From Candidatus Kaiserbacteria bacterium (GTDB lineage: Bacteria; Patescibacteriota; Minisyncoccia; Phycocordibacterales; UBA2100), in assembly GCA_016217925.1 (NCBI GenBank), contig JACRFK010000003.1, positions 78,925 to 142,924 on the forward strand: 64,000 bases of DNA, in the 5' to 3' direction. Numbering within the stretch: the first letter of the stretch is position 1; every line of letters begins with the position of its first letter. The notes below the pieces were generated by a model, which searched no databases, had not been told where the DNA came from, and was given only the letters and a program-made list of their open reading frames with translations. Of this stretch, positions 40,660-49,746 are shown piece by piece. A program made the position numbers and the translations under genes.

Positions 40660-41931
40660 ATGAAATACGATATCCACACACTTAAAAACGGACTGCGGGT
40701 CGTGCTCGTCCCGATGCCGACTACACAGACGGCCACGGTCGTCGTGATGACGGGCACCGGCTCGCGATATGAAAATGCGCACGAGAACGGCCTCGCACAT
40801 TTCTTGGAGCACATGTTTTTCAAGGGCACGAAGAAGCGTAAGGGCGCCCGCGAAATCAGCGAAGAGCTCGACGGCATCGGTAGCTCCTACAACGCCTTCA
40901 CCGCCAAAGACCGCACCGCCTATTACGCCAAGGTGAGCGCAGGCTACCTCGATACCGCGCTGGATGTGATAAGCGACATCTTCCTCAACTCCACGCTCCC
41001 CGGCAGGGAGATAACCAAAGAGCGCGGGGCCATCATTCAGGAGATTGATATGTACGAAGATATGCCGATGCGCACTATTGATAACGTCTTTGATGCCCTC
41101 ATTTTCGGCGCGGAGCACCCGCTCGGCCGCACGATACTCGGGCCGAAGGAAAATATCCGCACATTTTCGCGTACGGATTTCTCCACATACCTCAAGAGAA
41201 ACTACACCCCGGCCAACACCATCGTCAGCATCGCGGGCTCGTTCTCGACGCCGAAAGTCTTGGCGAAGATAAAGAAGGAATTCGGACGCCTCAAGAAGGC
41301 CGAATCCCCCGCCCTCGTGCCTTTCATCGGCACTCAGGAAGCTCCACGCATCTCTATAAAGGAGAAAAAGACCGACCAGACCCAGCTCATGCTCGGCTTG
41401 CCCGCGTACCCGTACCTGCACAAGGATGAATACGCCCTCGAAGTGCTTGCCTCCCTTTTGGGCGGGGGAATGAGCAGCCGACTTTTCCTCGAGGTGCGCG
41501 AGAAGCGCGGCCTCGCCTATTCCGTACACGCCTGGGCAGAGAAATATCCCGACACCGGCTACTTCGCGGTACAGGCCGGCGTGGAGCACGGAAAGTTGGA
41601 AAAGGCGGTCGAAACGATTCTCGCCGAGTTCCGTAAAGTGAAGAAGACGAAAGTCTCGGCAAAAGAGCTCGCGAAAGTGAAGGCAAACCTCAAAGGCACG
41701 ATGACCCTCGCGCTCGAAACTAGCGGCGCGATAGCCCAGCATGCGGCATCGTCGCTGGTGAGCATCGGAAAGATACGGCAATTGGAGGAGATTATGAAAG
41801 GGGTAGACAAAGTCACCGCCATTGACATCCAGCGCGTAGCAAAAGACATCCTCCAGACAGGAAAACTCAACCTGGCCATCATCGGCCCGCATTTGCAGAA
41901 AGAGCAACTTCTAAAACTCTTGCGCATATAA
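40660..41931 (+). CDS. M16 (pitrilysin) family zinc peptidase
   Basis: HFLEH (HxxEH), NAFT, GGGMSSRLFLEVREKRGLAY. Confidence 0.94.
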   Translation: MKYDIHTLKNGLRVVLVPMPTTQTATVVVMTGTGSRYENAHENGLAHFLEHMFFKGTKKRKGAREISEELDGIGSSYNAFTAKDRTAYYAKVSAGYLDTALDVISDIFLNSTLPGREITKERGAIIQEIDMYEDMPMRTIDNVFDALIFGAEHPLGRTILGPKENIRTFSRTDFSTYLKRNYTPANTIVSIAGSFSTPKVLAKIKKEFGRLKKAESPALVPFIGTQEAPRISIKEKKTDQTQLMLGLPAYPYLHKDEYALEVLASLLGGGMSSRLFLEVREKRGLAYSVHAWAEKYPDTGYFAVQAGVEHGKLEKAVETILAEFRKVKKTKVSAKELAKVKANLKGTMTLALETSGAIAQHAASSLVSIGKIRQLEEIMKGVDKVTAIDIQRVAKDILQTGKLNLAIIGPHLQKEQLLKLLRI

Positions 41932-41984
41932 CAGTAGACGTGTATAGAGTCTCGGGCGAAACACTTACGCGAGGGAGCATCGCA

Positions 41985-42350
41985 ATGACTGATAGGAAGC
42001 GACTGTACAACCTCGCGCGTGTTCGCAACGCGGGGCAAATGGCCGAGATGGAGCGCTTCGAGGCAGCTGGTATCTGTATGTTCTGTCCGGAAGGGCTTGG
42101 ACCCGCAGACGTGCCAATCGTCACGCAAGGAGAGCGCTGGATTATAGCCCGCAACAAGCATCCCTATGAGGGCACGGCGCTGCACTACATCGCGATTTAT
42201 CGCGTGCACGTGCAATCTTTTAGCGAGGTCGCGGGTGAAGCTTGGCCGGAACTTTTCAGGCTTTTCGCTGAACTCGTGGGTCCAACTTGCTCGTTCGTTA
42301 TGGCTGTGCAAGTCGGACTTGCTCATCTTCAGCTTCTGAGTTCGAGCTAA
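41985..42350 (+). CDS. HIT-like protein, possibly degenerate
   Basis: CMFC and NKHPY...HY present; no intact HxHxH at the C-terminus. Confidence 0.45.
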   Translation: MTDRKRLYNLARVRNAGQMAEMERFEAAGICMFCPEGLGPADVPIVTQGERWIIARNKHPYEGTALHYIAIYRVHVQSFSEVAGEAWPELFRLFAELVGPTCSFVMAVQVGLAHLQLLSSS

Positions 42351-42427
42351 CTTGACATATCGGTTTTGCGACGTAGAGTCTTGATAGTTTCCTAGGAGCA
42401 CTGGCTCCGCATTTGAGGATCTTTCCC

Positions 42428-42877
42428 ATGCAAGACAGCCTAGCGTCGAAGCTGGCGGAGTTGACCGCGGAAGCGCGTAAGAAATTTCCGTCTGTAGAGC
42501 CCCTGGACGAAGCTCGCGAGATAGAGCAAATCCAGGCTCTCTGCCAAAAACTACCCGATATGCTGATGGACGCGGCGCGTCGCGGCCAGACCCGATTCGA
42601 CATCATGGTCATTCAGCCTCGGCACCAAGCGGGCATGTTCACGTGGTACATGTACTCGCCCTTGATCGGCCCACAAGTCGACAAAGCGATGGTCGAGTTG
42701 AAAGGCGCCGCAGCTACCATGGTGACGTGGATGAAGGCGCAGGGTTTGCGACCCGGTATTCACCATGTCAGGCATTGCGAAAGTCATGACGGCATGTCGA
42801 CCATGTGGTGGGACTACACTTTAAGCGCGCACTGGCCGCGTGCAGTTCCCGCCAAGAAAGCAGTCGCTGCGGCCTGA
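42428..42877 (+). CDS. hypothetical protein
   Basis: About 150-aa ORF followed by a GC hairpin and T-run. Confidence 0.5.
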   Translation: MQDSLASKLAELTAEARKKFPSVEPLDEAREIEQIQALCQKLPDMLMDAARRGQTRFDIMVIQPRHQAGMFTWYMYSPLIGPQVDKAMVELKGAAATMVTWMKAQGLRPGIHHVRHCESHDGMSTMWWDYTLSAHWPRAVPAKKAVAAA

Positions 42878-42942
42878 CCAAAACGACCCCCCTTTGCGGG
42901 GACGAAGAGCCAAACCTTCGTCTCGTGCGAGGGGGCGGCTTT

Positions 42943-43015
42943 TTACAACCAATCGAGGGGTTTTGTTGTGGCTCGCTAGATACTCGTTTGTTTTGCTGAA
43001 GGGTTTGGAGCCGGA
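42943..43015 (-). pseudogene. frameshifted duplicate of the ung 3' end
   Basis: Encodes GSKPFSKTNEYL..HNK/PLDWL*; 24-bp perfect match 42990-43013 = 43683-43706. Confidence 0.85.
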
Positions 43016-43020
43016 GTCGC

Positions 43021-43416
43021 TTATTCTTTCCGCTTCAAGTCCACCTCTGCTTTTTGCATATCAAACTTTACGACAAAGTGCTCGAAGAATCCGGTCTGAC
43101 CAACGACACCGTAATTGGATCCGCCAGCGACAAGCGGAAGGAACCCAGCTTGTATGTTGTACGACCAGCCACCGACCTCAATAGTCACGGGGTGGATAAA
43201 GTACGTCGCTGTTTGCCCGGCGATACCTCCGACAAGCGCCGGAGTTCCTTTTTCGACTTCGATCCCTAAAGCGGATGCAACTTGCTCATCGAAAATGCAA
43301 CTGTCCGCGCCAGAATCTACGAGGACGCTGTAGGAAATTGAACGCCCATCATGCTTGATCTTTATCGGTATGACTGGCCGTGAATGAGCACCATATCGAA
43401 GATACGGGAATTTCAT
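43021..43416 (-). CDS. retropepsin-like aspartyl protease
   Basis: LVDSGAD catalytic motif, GVVGQTGFF. Confidence 0.85.
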   Translation of the reverse strand: MKFPYLRYGAHSRPVIPIKIKHDGRSISYSVLVDSGADSCIFDEQVASALGIEVEKGTPALVGGIAGQTATYFIHPVTIEVGGWSYNIQAGFLPLVAGGSNYGVVGQTGFFEHFVVKFDMQKAEVDLKRKE

Positions 43417-43610
43417 ATCCCATACCCAACGTACGTTATATCTTCTTTCGGCATGCGCATCATGATAGGATCTTTACACCCTTTCTTCTTGGCGTCCTCG
43501 AGAGCTTCCTTGAGAGTTTCGCCAGCTCCGACAACAGTGGTCTGGTCCTCTGCAAGCCCCACCCACATGCCGGCATACTTCTTTTGTGCTTCCGTCAAAT
43601 CTATTTCCAT
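43413..43610 (-). CDS. small DUF5678-like protein
   Basis: KYAGMWVGL...VVGAGETLKEALEDAKKKG; stop overlaps the protease start. Confidence 0.7.
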   Translation of the reverse strand: MEIDLTEAQKKYAGMWVGLAEDQTTVVGAGETLKEALEDAKKKGCKDPIMMRMPKEDITYVGYGI

Positions 43611-43633
43611 ATACATGCATTATAACAAAGATG

Positions 43634-44317
43634 CTACAGCCAATCAATCGGCTTTTTGTTGTGCTCAACTAGATACGCGTTCGTTTTGCTGAAGGGTTTG
43701 GAGCCGAAGAATTTGGTGGCGGAAAAGGGCGAGGGGTGGGCGGATTCGATTACGAGGTGCTTGGTGCGGTCTATATGTGCGCCTTTCTGCTTGGCGTAGT
43801 TGCCCCAGAGGATGAAAACGAGATGCTCGCGCTCCTCGGAGAGCTTGCGAATGACCGCGTCTGTGAATTCTTCCCAGCCCTTGCCTTGATGCGAGCCGGC
43901 TGTTCTCGCGCGAACAGTTAACGTTGCGTTGAGTAGCAAGACGCCTTGCTTGGCCCAATCCTCTAAACTACCACCCTTCTTCGCCAAGGCTTCGAAGGGC
44001 AAAGAACAATCTGCTGAAAGTTCTTTGAATATATTCTGCAGCGACGGCGGGAGCGGCACGCCCTCACTCACCGCAAAGCACAAGCCGTTGGCTTGCTGCG
44101 GGCCGTGGTACGGGTCCTGGCCGAGGATGACGACTTCCACCTTGTCGAAGGGGCACAAGTCGAAGGCGCGGAAAATATTCTTCGGCGCGGGGTAGACGAT
44201 GGCGTGCTGATACTCCCCCTTCACAAACTCCCGCAGCTTGGTGAAATACCCCTTGCCAAACTCGTCCTGCAGCACCCTCTTCCACGATACCTCGATCTTT
44301 ACGTCTTTTTCTGTCAT
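43634..44317 (-). CDS. ung: uracil-DNA glycosylase
   Basis: GQDPYH, PPSLQN, GVLLLN, LWG, HPSP. Confidence 0.97.
   Translation of the reverse strand: MTEKDVKIEVSWKRVLQDEFGKGYFTKLREFVKGEYQHAIVYPAPKNIFRAFDLCPFDKVEVVILGQDPYHGPQQANGLCFAVSEGVPLPPSLQNIFKELSADCSLPFEALAKKGGSLEDWAKQGVLLLNATLTVRARTAGSHQGKGWEEFTDAVIRKLSEEREHLVFILWGNYAKQKGAHIDRTKHLVIESAHPSPFSATKFFGSKPFSKTNAYLVEHNKKPIDWL
43974..43999 (-). repeat. 26-bp hairpin element in-frame in ung (PFEALAKKG)
   Basis: Minus strand cccttc-gaagccttggcgaa-gaaggg. Confidence 0.8.
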
Positions 44318-44456
44318 ATGGGCAGTATACAAAACATCCGGCCTTTGAGGGTTATGCACCCGCGGGTTCCAGCCCCCTCGAAAAGCCTCTCCTGTTGTGG
44401 TATACAAAAGCGGGCGAAGGCCCTTTTTATTATTCTGATTATCTAACAGTGATTGC

Positions 44457-45884
44457 ATGAAAAAAGGAAGATATCCCGTGTACGTAAAGTTTCCCGGCAA
44501 GCTGCTCATCGTAGGCTTCGGCTCCATCGGCCAAGGCGTGCTGCCCTTGATACTCCGCCACATCGGCATCGACCGAAAAAATATTTCCATCATCACCGCC
44601 GACAACTCAGGTAAGGCAATCGCAAAGAAGGAAGGTATTCCGTTCAAGATAGAACCTCTTTTGCAGGATAACTACCAGACCGTGCTCGACCGCCACATCG
44701 GTAAAGGTGACTTTCTTTTGAACCTTTCCGTCGATGTTTCATCTGTCGACCTCATGGCGTACTGCAAGGAAAAAGACATCCTGTACCTCGACACCGTGGT
44801 GGAGCCGTGGCTCGGCGGCTACACTGACCCGAAGCTTTCCATCACCGACCGCTCCAACTACGGCCTGCGCGAGACTTTGCTCGCTGCGAAACGCAAATTC
44901 GGCAAAGGGCCAACGGCGGTCTCGACACACGGCGCCAACCCCGGCATCGTGTCGCACTTCCTCAAGCGCGCACTGATTCAAATCGCGAAGGACACAAAGT
45001 TCAAACACAAAAAGCCCGTCTCGCGTGAGGATTGGGCGAAGCTCATGAAAGACCTCGGTGTGAAAGCGGTGCATGTGGCCGAGTACGATTCGCAAAAATC
45101 CAATAAACCAAAGAAAATCGGACAATTCGAAAATACCTGGTCGGTGCCGGGATTCCACTCCGAAGGCATTCTGCAGCCTTCCGAGATGGGCTGGGGCACC
45201 CACGAAAAGCACTTTCCCAAGAACGGTCATCGGCACAAGGGAGGCTGCGATGCTTCTATCTACCTCGACCAGCCGGGTGCGCGCACTCTTGTGCGCACCT
45301 GGACGCCGGAGCACGGCCATTTCCTCGGCCGCGCGGTCACCCACAACGAGTCCGTATCAATCGCCGACTACTACACGGTAAAAAAGGGTAAAAAGGCCGT
45401 GTATCGACCGACCGTGCACTACGCCTATCGTTGCTGCGATGTGGCGATACTCTCTATCGAGGAATGTTTCGGGCGCAACTCCGTCCTGCAGAACGAGTGG
45501 CGCATTCTCATGGACGATATCGTCTCCGGCATGGATGAGCTTGGCGTGCTTCTCATGGGTCACAAGAAAAATGCGTATTGGTATGGCTCGCAGCTCACAA
45601 TGGAGGAGACGCGCGGACTCGCCCCGTATCAGAATGCTACAGGTCTACAGGTGACCGTCGGCGTATTGGGCGGCATGATATGGGCGATAGAAAACCCGCG
45701 AGAAGGCATCGTCGAAGCCGACGAAATGGACTACGAGCGCGTCATGGAAATTATCGAGCCGTATCTTGGCACGATGAAAGGCGCCTATACCGATTGGACG
45801 CCGCTCGAAGGGCGCACAAGCACATTCGAGCAGGATGTCGACAAGTCCGACCCGTGGCAATTCAAAAACATCTTGTTCTCGTAG
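44457..45884 (+). CDS. hss: homospermidine synthase
   Basis: GFGSIGQG, NLSVDVSS, YLDTVVEPW, GANPG, NTWS..GF, THNES, QNATGLQV, DPWQF. Confidence 0.94.
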   Translation: MKKGRYPVYVKFPGKLLIVGFGSIGQGVLPLILRHIGIDRKNISIITADNSGKAIAKKEGIPFKIEPLLQDNYQTVLDRHIGKGDFLLNLSVDVSSVDLMAYCKEKDILYLDTVVEPWLGGYTDPKLSITDRSNYGLRETLLAAKRKFGKGPTAVSTHGANPGIVSHFLKRALIQIAKDTKFKHKKPVSREDWAKLMKDLGVKAVHVAEYDSQKSNKPKKIGQFENTWSVPGFHSEGILQPSEMGWGTHEKHFPKNGHRHKGGCDASIYLDQPGARTLVRTWTPEHGHFLGRAVTHNESVSIADYYTVKKGKKAVYRPTVHYAYRCCDVAILSIEECFGRNSVLQNEWRILMDDIVSGMDELGVLLMGHKKNAYWYGSQLTMEETRGLAPYQNATGLQVTVGVLGGMIWAIENPREGIVEADEMDYERVMEIIEPYLGTMKGAYTDWTPLEGRTSTFEQDVDKSDPWQFKNILFS

Positions 45885-45892
45885 AATTTGTT

Positions 45893-46561
45893 TTAGCCGA
45901 GAACTGACTCGATGTCTGCAACAGTAGGTACAACATCCTTAACTCCGAGTTCTTGAGCTTGTTTCTCGCTGAGATGACCTGTTAAGACGACGACAGGCCG
46001 AACTCCTGAGGCTTGCGCCATTTTCACATCGCCCGCGGCGTCCCCGGCCATTATTGCTTCATCAGGGCGAACGTCTTGAGTTTTTAAGATGTTTTCAAGA
46101 AGGTCTGGGTACGGTTTCCCCCTTGAAAGATCGGGGAGATCATATGTCGAGATAATTTGACAGAATAATTCTTTAGAAACACCGAATTTGGGCATGACAT
46201 ATTCTTTGAGTAAAACAGGATGAATACCCGTTGCGATTGCAAGTTTATATTTGCTTTGTAGAGCGTGGAGAGTTTCTATGCTATCCGGAACAATTGATAA
46301 TTTTCCTATAAACAACTCGGAGAAAAGACACTTCTCGTAGTGTTCATGTGCTTGTTCAATAAGGTCAGAGCGCTTACCCAAAATCCGTGCGATTACCTCA
46401 CGTGCCGGTCTGCCCCAAAGTTCTTTCGCAGCCGCTCTGGCGGCATTTGGATCAATTCCATCCAAGACTGAATCTGTTCCGGCTTTGTAGCAAGCGTAGT
46501 ACCCTTCCGAAGCTCCGCGAGTAAATACGTCGTCCCAGTCGAAAACAATAAGTTTTATCAT
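45893..46561 (-). CDS. HAD family phosphatase
   Basis: VFDWDD, KPYP, GDAAGD. Confidence 0.85.
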   Translation of the reverse strand: MIKLIVFDWDDVFTRGASEGYYACYKAGTDSVLDGIDPNAARAAAKELWGRPAREVIARILGKRSDLIEQAHEHYEKCLFSELFIGKLSIVPDSIETLHALQSKYKLAIATGIHPVLLKEYVMPKFGVSKELFCQIISTYDLPDLSRGKPYPDLLENILKTQDVRPDEAIMAGDAAGDVKMAQASGVRPVVVLTGHLSEKQAQELGVKDVVPTVADIESVLG

Positions 46562-46573
46562 GAGCTGTGCATG

Positions 46574-46879
46574 CTAGAGCGCGTCTTCGCTCTTCAAAAG
46601 TTCGTATTTTCGTAACGTACCGCCGCGGTTGCCACCGCTTCCAGCGGGGTCCCGCCCTGGGCGGTGATAGCCACCGAGCGAACCGTCGGACTTAACGACG
46701 CGATGGCACGGGATGTCGTGATTGTAATTGGAACGCATGATGGCGCCCACGGCCCGCGCGGCTTTCGGGTTGCCCGCTTTGGTCGCTACTTCTTTATACG
46801 TCATCGACTTCCCTTTTGGGATTTTTGCGACGACCGCCCGTACTCTATCTCGAAATGATTGAGAACGTATCTCAATCAT
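46574..46879 (-). CDS. MGMT-family alkyltransferase (short)
   Basis: IPKG..TYKEVA, AARAVG, PCHRV. Confidence 0.88.
   Translation of the reverse strand: MIEIRSQSFRDRVRAVVAKIPKGKSMTYKEVATKAGNPKAARAVGAIMRSNYNHDIPCHRVVKSDGSLGGYHRPGRDPAGSGGNRGGTLRKYELLKSEDAL
46633..46666. repeat. GGGACCCC-junction double hairpin, in-frame in the MGMT-like gene
   Basis: ccgct-tcc-agcgg ggtc ccgcc-ctg-ggcgg; adds HRPGRDPAGSGG between GGY and NRGG. Confidence 0.7.
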
Positions 46880-47676
46880 AAGCCAAGAGATCTTTGTCCG
46901 CCGTCTTTCTTTGCCTTGGGTGCAAATCCCATCAGCTTCTTCCCCACTGTTTCGCGGTAAACGCAGTAATCGCAATCAGGCGCGGGTGCGGGCAAGAGCT
47001 CGCTATCGAGGGTCTTTTTGATATCCATCAGTGTCCCTTCCACCCATGAATCGTCACCTTTGTGCGGGACGAGCGTTACTTCAAATTCGAGCTTGCCGTC
47101 GAAGGCTTTGTTTGCCTTGCTTGCATTGGCATAGACGAAATACCCCATGTCGGAGACCTTGAAGCCGTTGCGGCGGAAAAGCCACTGATATATCTCCATC
47201 TGGTGCTTGTAGCCGTCGTGCCACTCCTTATCAAGCGCCTCTATCTTTTCATCCTTACTGGTGGATTTGTAATCCACAATCATCAGCTCCCCCGCGGGAT
47301 TGACCCACACATCGTCAATGGCGCCGGAGACGGTAAATCCCGTCGGCTCGTGGTGATAATCAATGCCCTTGAAATTTTCCCGCCAGATATCCATTTTGGG
47401 ATGCTGGAAAGGCACCGCGTCGAGGCCGTACTGCTTCATGAGCGGGTGCGAGGTCTTGCCCGCACGGTGAATGTCGAACTCTTTTTTGAGAAGCGCATCT
47501 ACCGCCGAATTGAGATTAAACGGGAATCCCGGCGGACGGGCGGTGCCGAGCTTGTTGTCGATATAGAAACAGCGCGGGCACTCCTGAAAAAGTCCTATCT
47601 TCGATCGCGAGAGGCGCCATTTGTTGCCGCCGTAATTCCAATCGGTTTTCCTGTCGGGCTTGTAGTAGTCGGACAT
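46876..47676 (-). CDS. PD-(D/E)XK nuclease family protein
   Basis: CPRC, GAIDD, IVDYKS, QMEIY, CDYC. Confidence 0.85.
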   Translation of the reverse strand: MSDYYKPDRKTDWNYGGNKWRLSRSKIGLFQECPRCFYIDNKLGTARPPGFPFNLNSAVDALLKKEFDIHRAGKTSHPLMKQYGLDAVPFQHPKMDIWRENFKGIDYHHEPTGFTVSGAIDDVWVNPAGELMIVDYKSTSKDEKIEALDKEWHDGYKHQMEIYQWLFRRNGFKVSDMGYFVYANASKANKAFDGKLEFEVTLVPHKGDDSWVEGTLMDIKKTLDSELLPAPAPDCDYCVYRETVGKKLMGFAPKAKKDGGQRSLGL

Positions 47677-47688
47677 CGCGACAGTATA

Positions 47689-47721
47689 CCCCATTAGATA
47701 GCCTGTCGGCATCTAACGGGG
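47689..47721. repeat. CCCCGTTAGA-family palindromic element
   Basis: ccccattagat-agcctgtcggc-atctaacgggg. Confidence 0.75.
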
Positions 47722-47735
47722 CAGGTCACTTCGCT

Positions 47736-48239
47736 TTACGACTTTTGCCCATCGCCGGACTGCAGATCAGGGCCATGCTCCACGAACCAGTGTTTGAAAC
47801 GATTTTCCAGATACCACATACCGGTGAACATGAGGAGCGTGAGAATGGTCGTGAAGATGGCGACCGAGTACAGACCGTATCCCACGGCGATACCGAGTCC
47901 TGCTGCGATCCAAAATCCTGCGGCTGTCGTTACCCCATGTACTGCATCTCCGCGGAAGACTATGATACCGCCTCCGAGAAATCCAATGCCCATGATGATC
48001 GCTGCAGCAGTGCGCATCGGGTCAAAATTGAGAATGCCGATATAGGCTATATCAACGTAGTTCGAGGTAATGATGAAGAGGCACGCACCGAGCGCCACGA
48101 GGCCGAAGGTGCGAGTGCCTGCAGATTGCTTGGCAATCACAGCGCGTTCGGTGCCGATGATACCGCCCAAGATCATCGCCAGGAGCAATTTTGCGAACAT
48201 GACTACCGTGGGGTCCATGAAAAGTGTCGCGCCGCGCAT
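47736..48239 (-). CDS. MgtC/SapB family membrane protein
   Basis: GIIGTER, AGTRTF, GIGFLGGG, GVTTAA. Confidence 0.9.
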   Translation of the reverse strand: MRGATLFMDPTVVMFAKLLLAMILGGIIGTERAVIAKQSAGTRTFGLVALGACLFIITSNYVDIAYIGILNFDPMRTAAAIIMGIGFLGGGIIVFRGDAVHGVTTAAGFWIAAGLGIAVGYGLYSVAIFTTILTLLMFTGMWYLENRFKHWFVEHGPDLQSGDGQKS

Positions 48240-48251
48240 GCGAATAGTATA

Positions 48252-48339
48252 TAGCCACTAGGCTTTAGGGTCTAGGAGGATTCTGTACAAACGGAGGAAT
48301 TTAATTTTCTAATGGCTACACACTATTGGCTAATTCCTA
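48252..48339. repeat. TAG-N4 / CTA-N4 heptamer inverted-arm element
   Basis: tagccac taggctt tagggtc tag ... ctaatgg ctacaca ctattgg ctaattc cta. Confidence 0.7.
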
Positions 48340-48340
48340 T

Positions 48341-49156
48341 CTAGATACCACAAAGCTGCTTAGCCTCTTCCATCACATGCGGTATGCGGTCCGGCTTGAT
48401 GCCGAAATCTTTGAGCAAATGCGGCGCTCCCACATGCTTACACAAGACAACGCGCTGATCGAGAAGTCGGCGCTTTTCTGAATCTGAAAGTGTGGTGAGG
48501 CACGTGAGCGGATGGACGCGCGCTTCTTCTATGAGCGTAAGGAGATTGCGCGTGCGCGGATAGTCCCACCCGATGAGCGAAAGCCCGGAGCATTGCGCGT
48601 ACCGGATGGCATTACGCGTAAAGCGTGTGTTGGTGATGAGTATCCCCTCGTCGACGCGCGAGGACGCTTCCGGAGCGGAGCGTAGGTCTTCGTACCGTGC
48701 ATACACATAGAGCGCGTCCTTGATGTCGGTCTTCCCTGCCGCATCGTTGTGGAATTTTGCCTCGATACCGATACGTTTGCCGTTCTTCTCTGCGAATACA
48801 TCCACTTCATGCGGTGCACAGCGGCCGTTCAAAGCGACACCCGTCTGAGCCTTCCATCCATGCGCTCTGAATACCTCCGCGAGGAACTGTTCGAACGGAA
48901 ATCCTGAGGGGCCGAGCGCGAAAACCGCGCGCTTGATCGAATAGCGCGCCGCGACAGGTACTGCCTCCTCGCGCCGTAGGATGTCGAAGGCATATCGATA
49001 TATCTCCTCGGTCATCATCCCCGGCTTTAGTTGATGCATAACGTGTGAGAGTACCCGCGCACGCATCGTCGAGCTCGCACCCGATTGCGCAAGGGAGTGT
49101 TCGAGCTTCGCCGGATCAAACGGCTCCTGCTCTCCGTCCGCTTTTGTGATCAACAT
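48341..49156 (-). CDS. ATP-cone plus Mrr-like restriction endonuclease domain protein
   Basis: ITKADGEQEPFDPAKL, GFPFEQF, EVDV...IEAK, ITNTRFT. Confidence 0.8.
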   Translation of the reverse strand: MLITKADGEQEPFDPAKLEHSLAQSGASSTMRARVLSHVMHQLKPGMMTEEIYRYAFDILRREEAVPVAARYSIKRAVFALGPSGFPFEQFLAEVFRAHGWKAQTGVALNGRCAPHEVDVFAEKNGKRIGIEAKFHNDAAGKTDIKDALYVYARYEDLRSAPEASSRVDEGILITNTRFTRNAIRYAQCSGLSLIGWDYPRTRNLLTLIEEARVHPLTCLTTLSDSEKRRLLDQRVVLCKHVGAPHLLKDFGIKPDRIPHVMEEAKQLCGI

Positions 49157-49237
49157 ATGTGGCAAGAGTAAGCCGCGTGCGGCACTCGGCCGGTCTACAG
49201 TAGTTCGTGGAGTGGTGTGCGACATGGTGAGGTCTAA

Positions 49238-49654
49238 TTATATCGTTATACGGCTAGGAAGAGCCGGTTCGACGATTATGGGGAGACCGATCCCGTCGAG
49301 AGTTGCAATAAATGCGACACCTGTCGCGGGTGCGAACAGGACGGTACGAAAATAACGAGGCACCTCGTTCATCTCACAGATGACGGATGGTTCACGCCAC
49401 GTGCGAAAAACGAGCATATAGGTGAAGTCTGCGAGCGCCTCGGTCCGAACAGAAAGCTGATCGCATGGTGTCGGCACCATGATCATTCCCGACAGATGAT
49501 GCGCGCCCGACCCCAGTTCGTCCCGAACGATAATGGGCTGATTTTCGCGCGACTCTTGCGCATGTACGACGCTTCCCGCAATGAGGTACACCGCGTACGC
49601 GACTACGCTCGCAACAACAAAAAACCACAGCATGCGGGATATGATCGCACCCAT
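49238..49654 (-). CDS. hypothetical membrane-anchored protein
   Basis: N-terminal TM helix, PTPC motif. Confidence 0.6.
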   Translation of the reverse strand: MGAIISRMLWFFVVASVVAYAVYLIAGSVVHAQESRENQPIIVRDELGSGAHHLSGMIMVPTPCDQLSVRTEALADFTYMLVFRTWREPSVICEMNEVPRYFRTVLFAPATGVAFIATLDGIGLPIIVEPALPSRITI

Positions 49655-49666
49655 ACGAACAGTGTA

Positions 49667-49746
49667 TAGGGATTAGCCACTAGCCACTAGGAAAAAATGT
49701 GTATATGAATTTTTACTAGTGGCTAAGGACTAGTCGCTAGTGGCTA
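49667..49746. repeat. TAGCCAC / CTAGTGG heptamer inverted-arm element supplying the mnmA stop
   Basis: tagggat tagccac tagccac tag ... ctagtgg ctaagga ctagtcg ctagtgg cta. Confidence 0.8.

Noticed and set aside
40630-41907. 425-aa antisense ORF opposite the M16 peptidase, and similar shadow ORFs opposite dnaK, alaS and rmuC
   Set aside because: No motifs; these are explained by GC-rich codon usage on the coding strand.
44330-44450. Riboswitch upstream of hss
   Set aside because: Some short stems are present, but I recognised no aptamer consensus, and the region also holds the divergent ung promoter.
46876-47676. PD-(D/E)XK nuclease as Cas4 of a CRISPR system
   Set aside because: No cas1/cas2 or array lies nearby, and stand-alone members of this family are common.
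1021-49746. Short repeats as a CRISPR array
   Set aside because: There is no series of identical 23-47-bp repeats with unique spacers; the units are 7-mers or dispersed palindromes.
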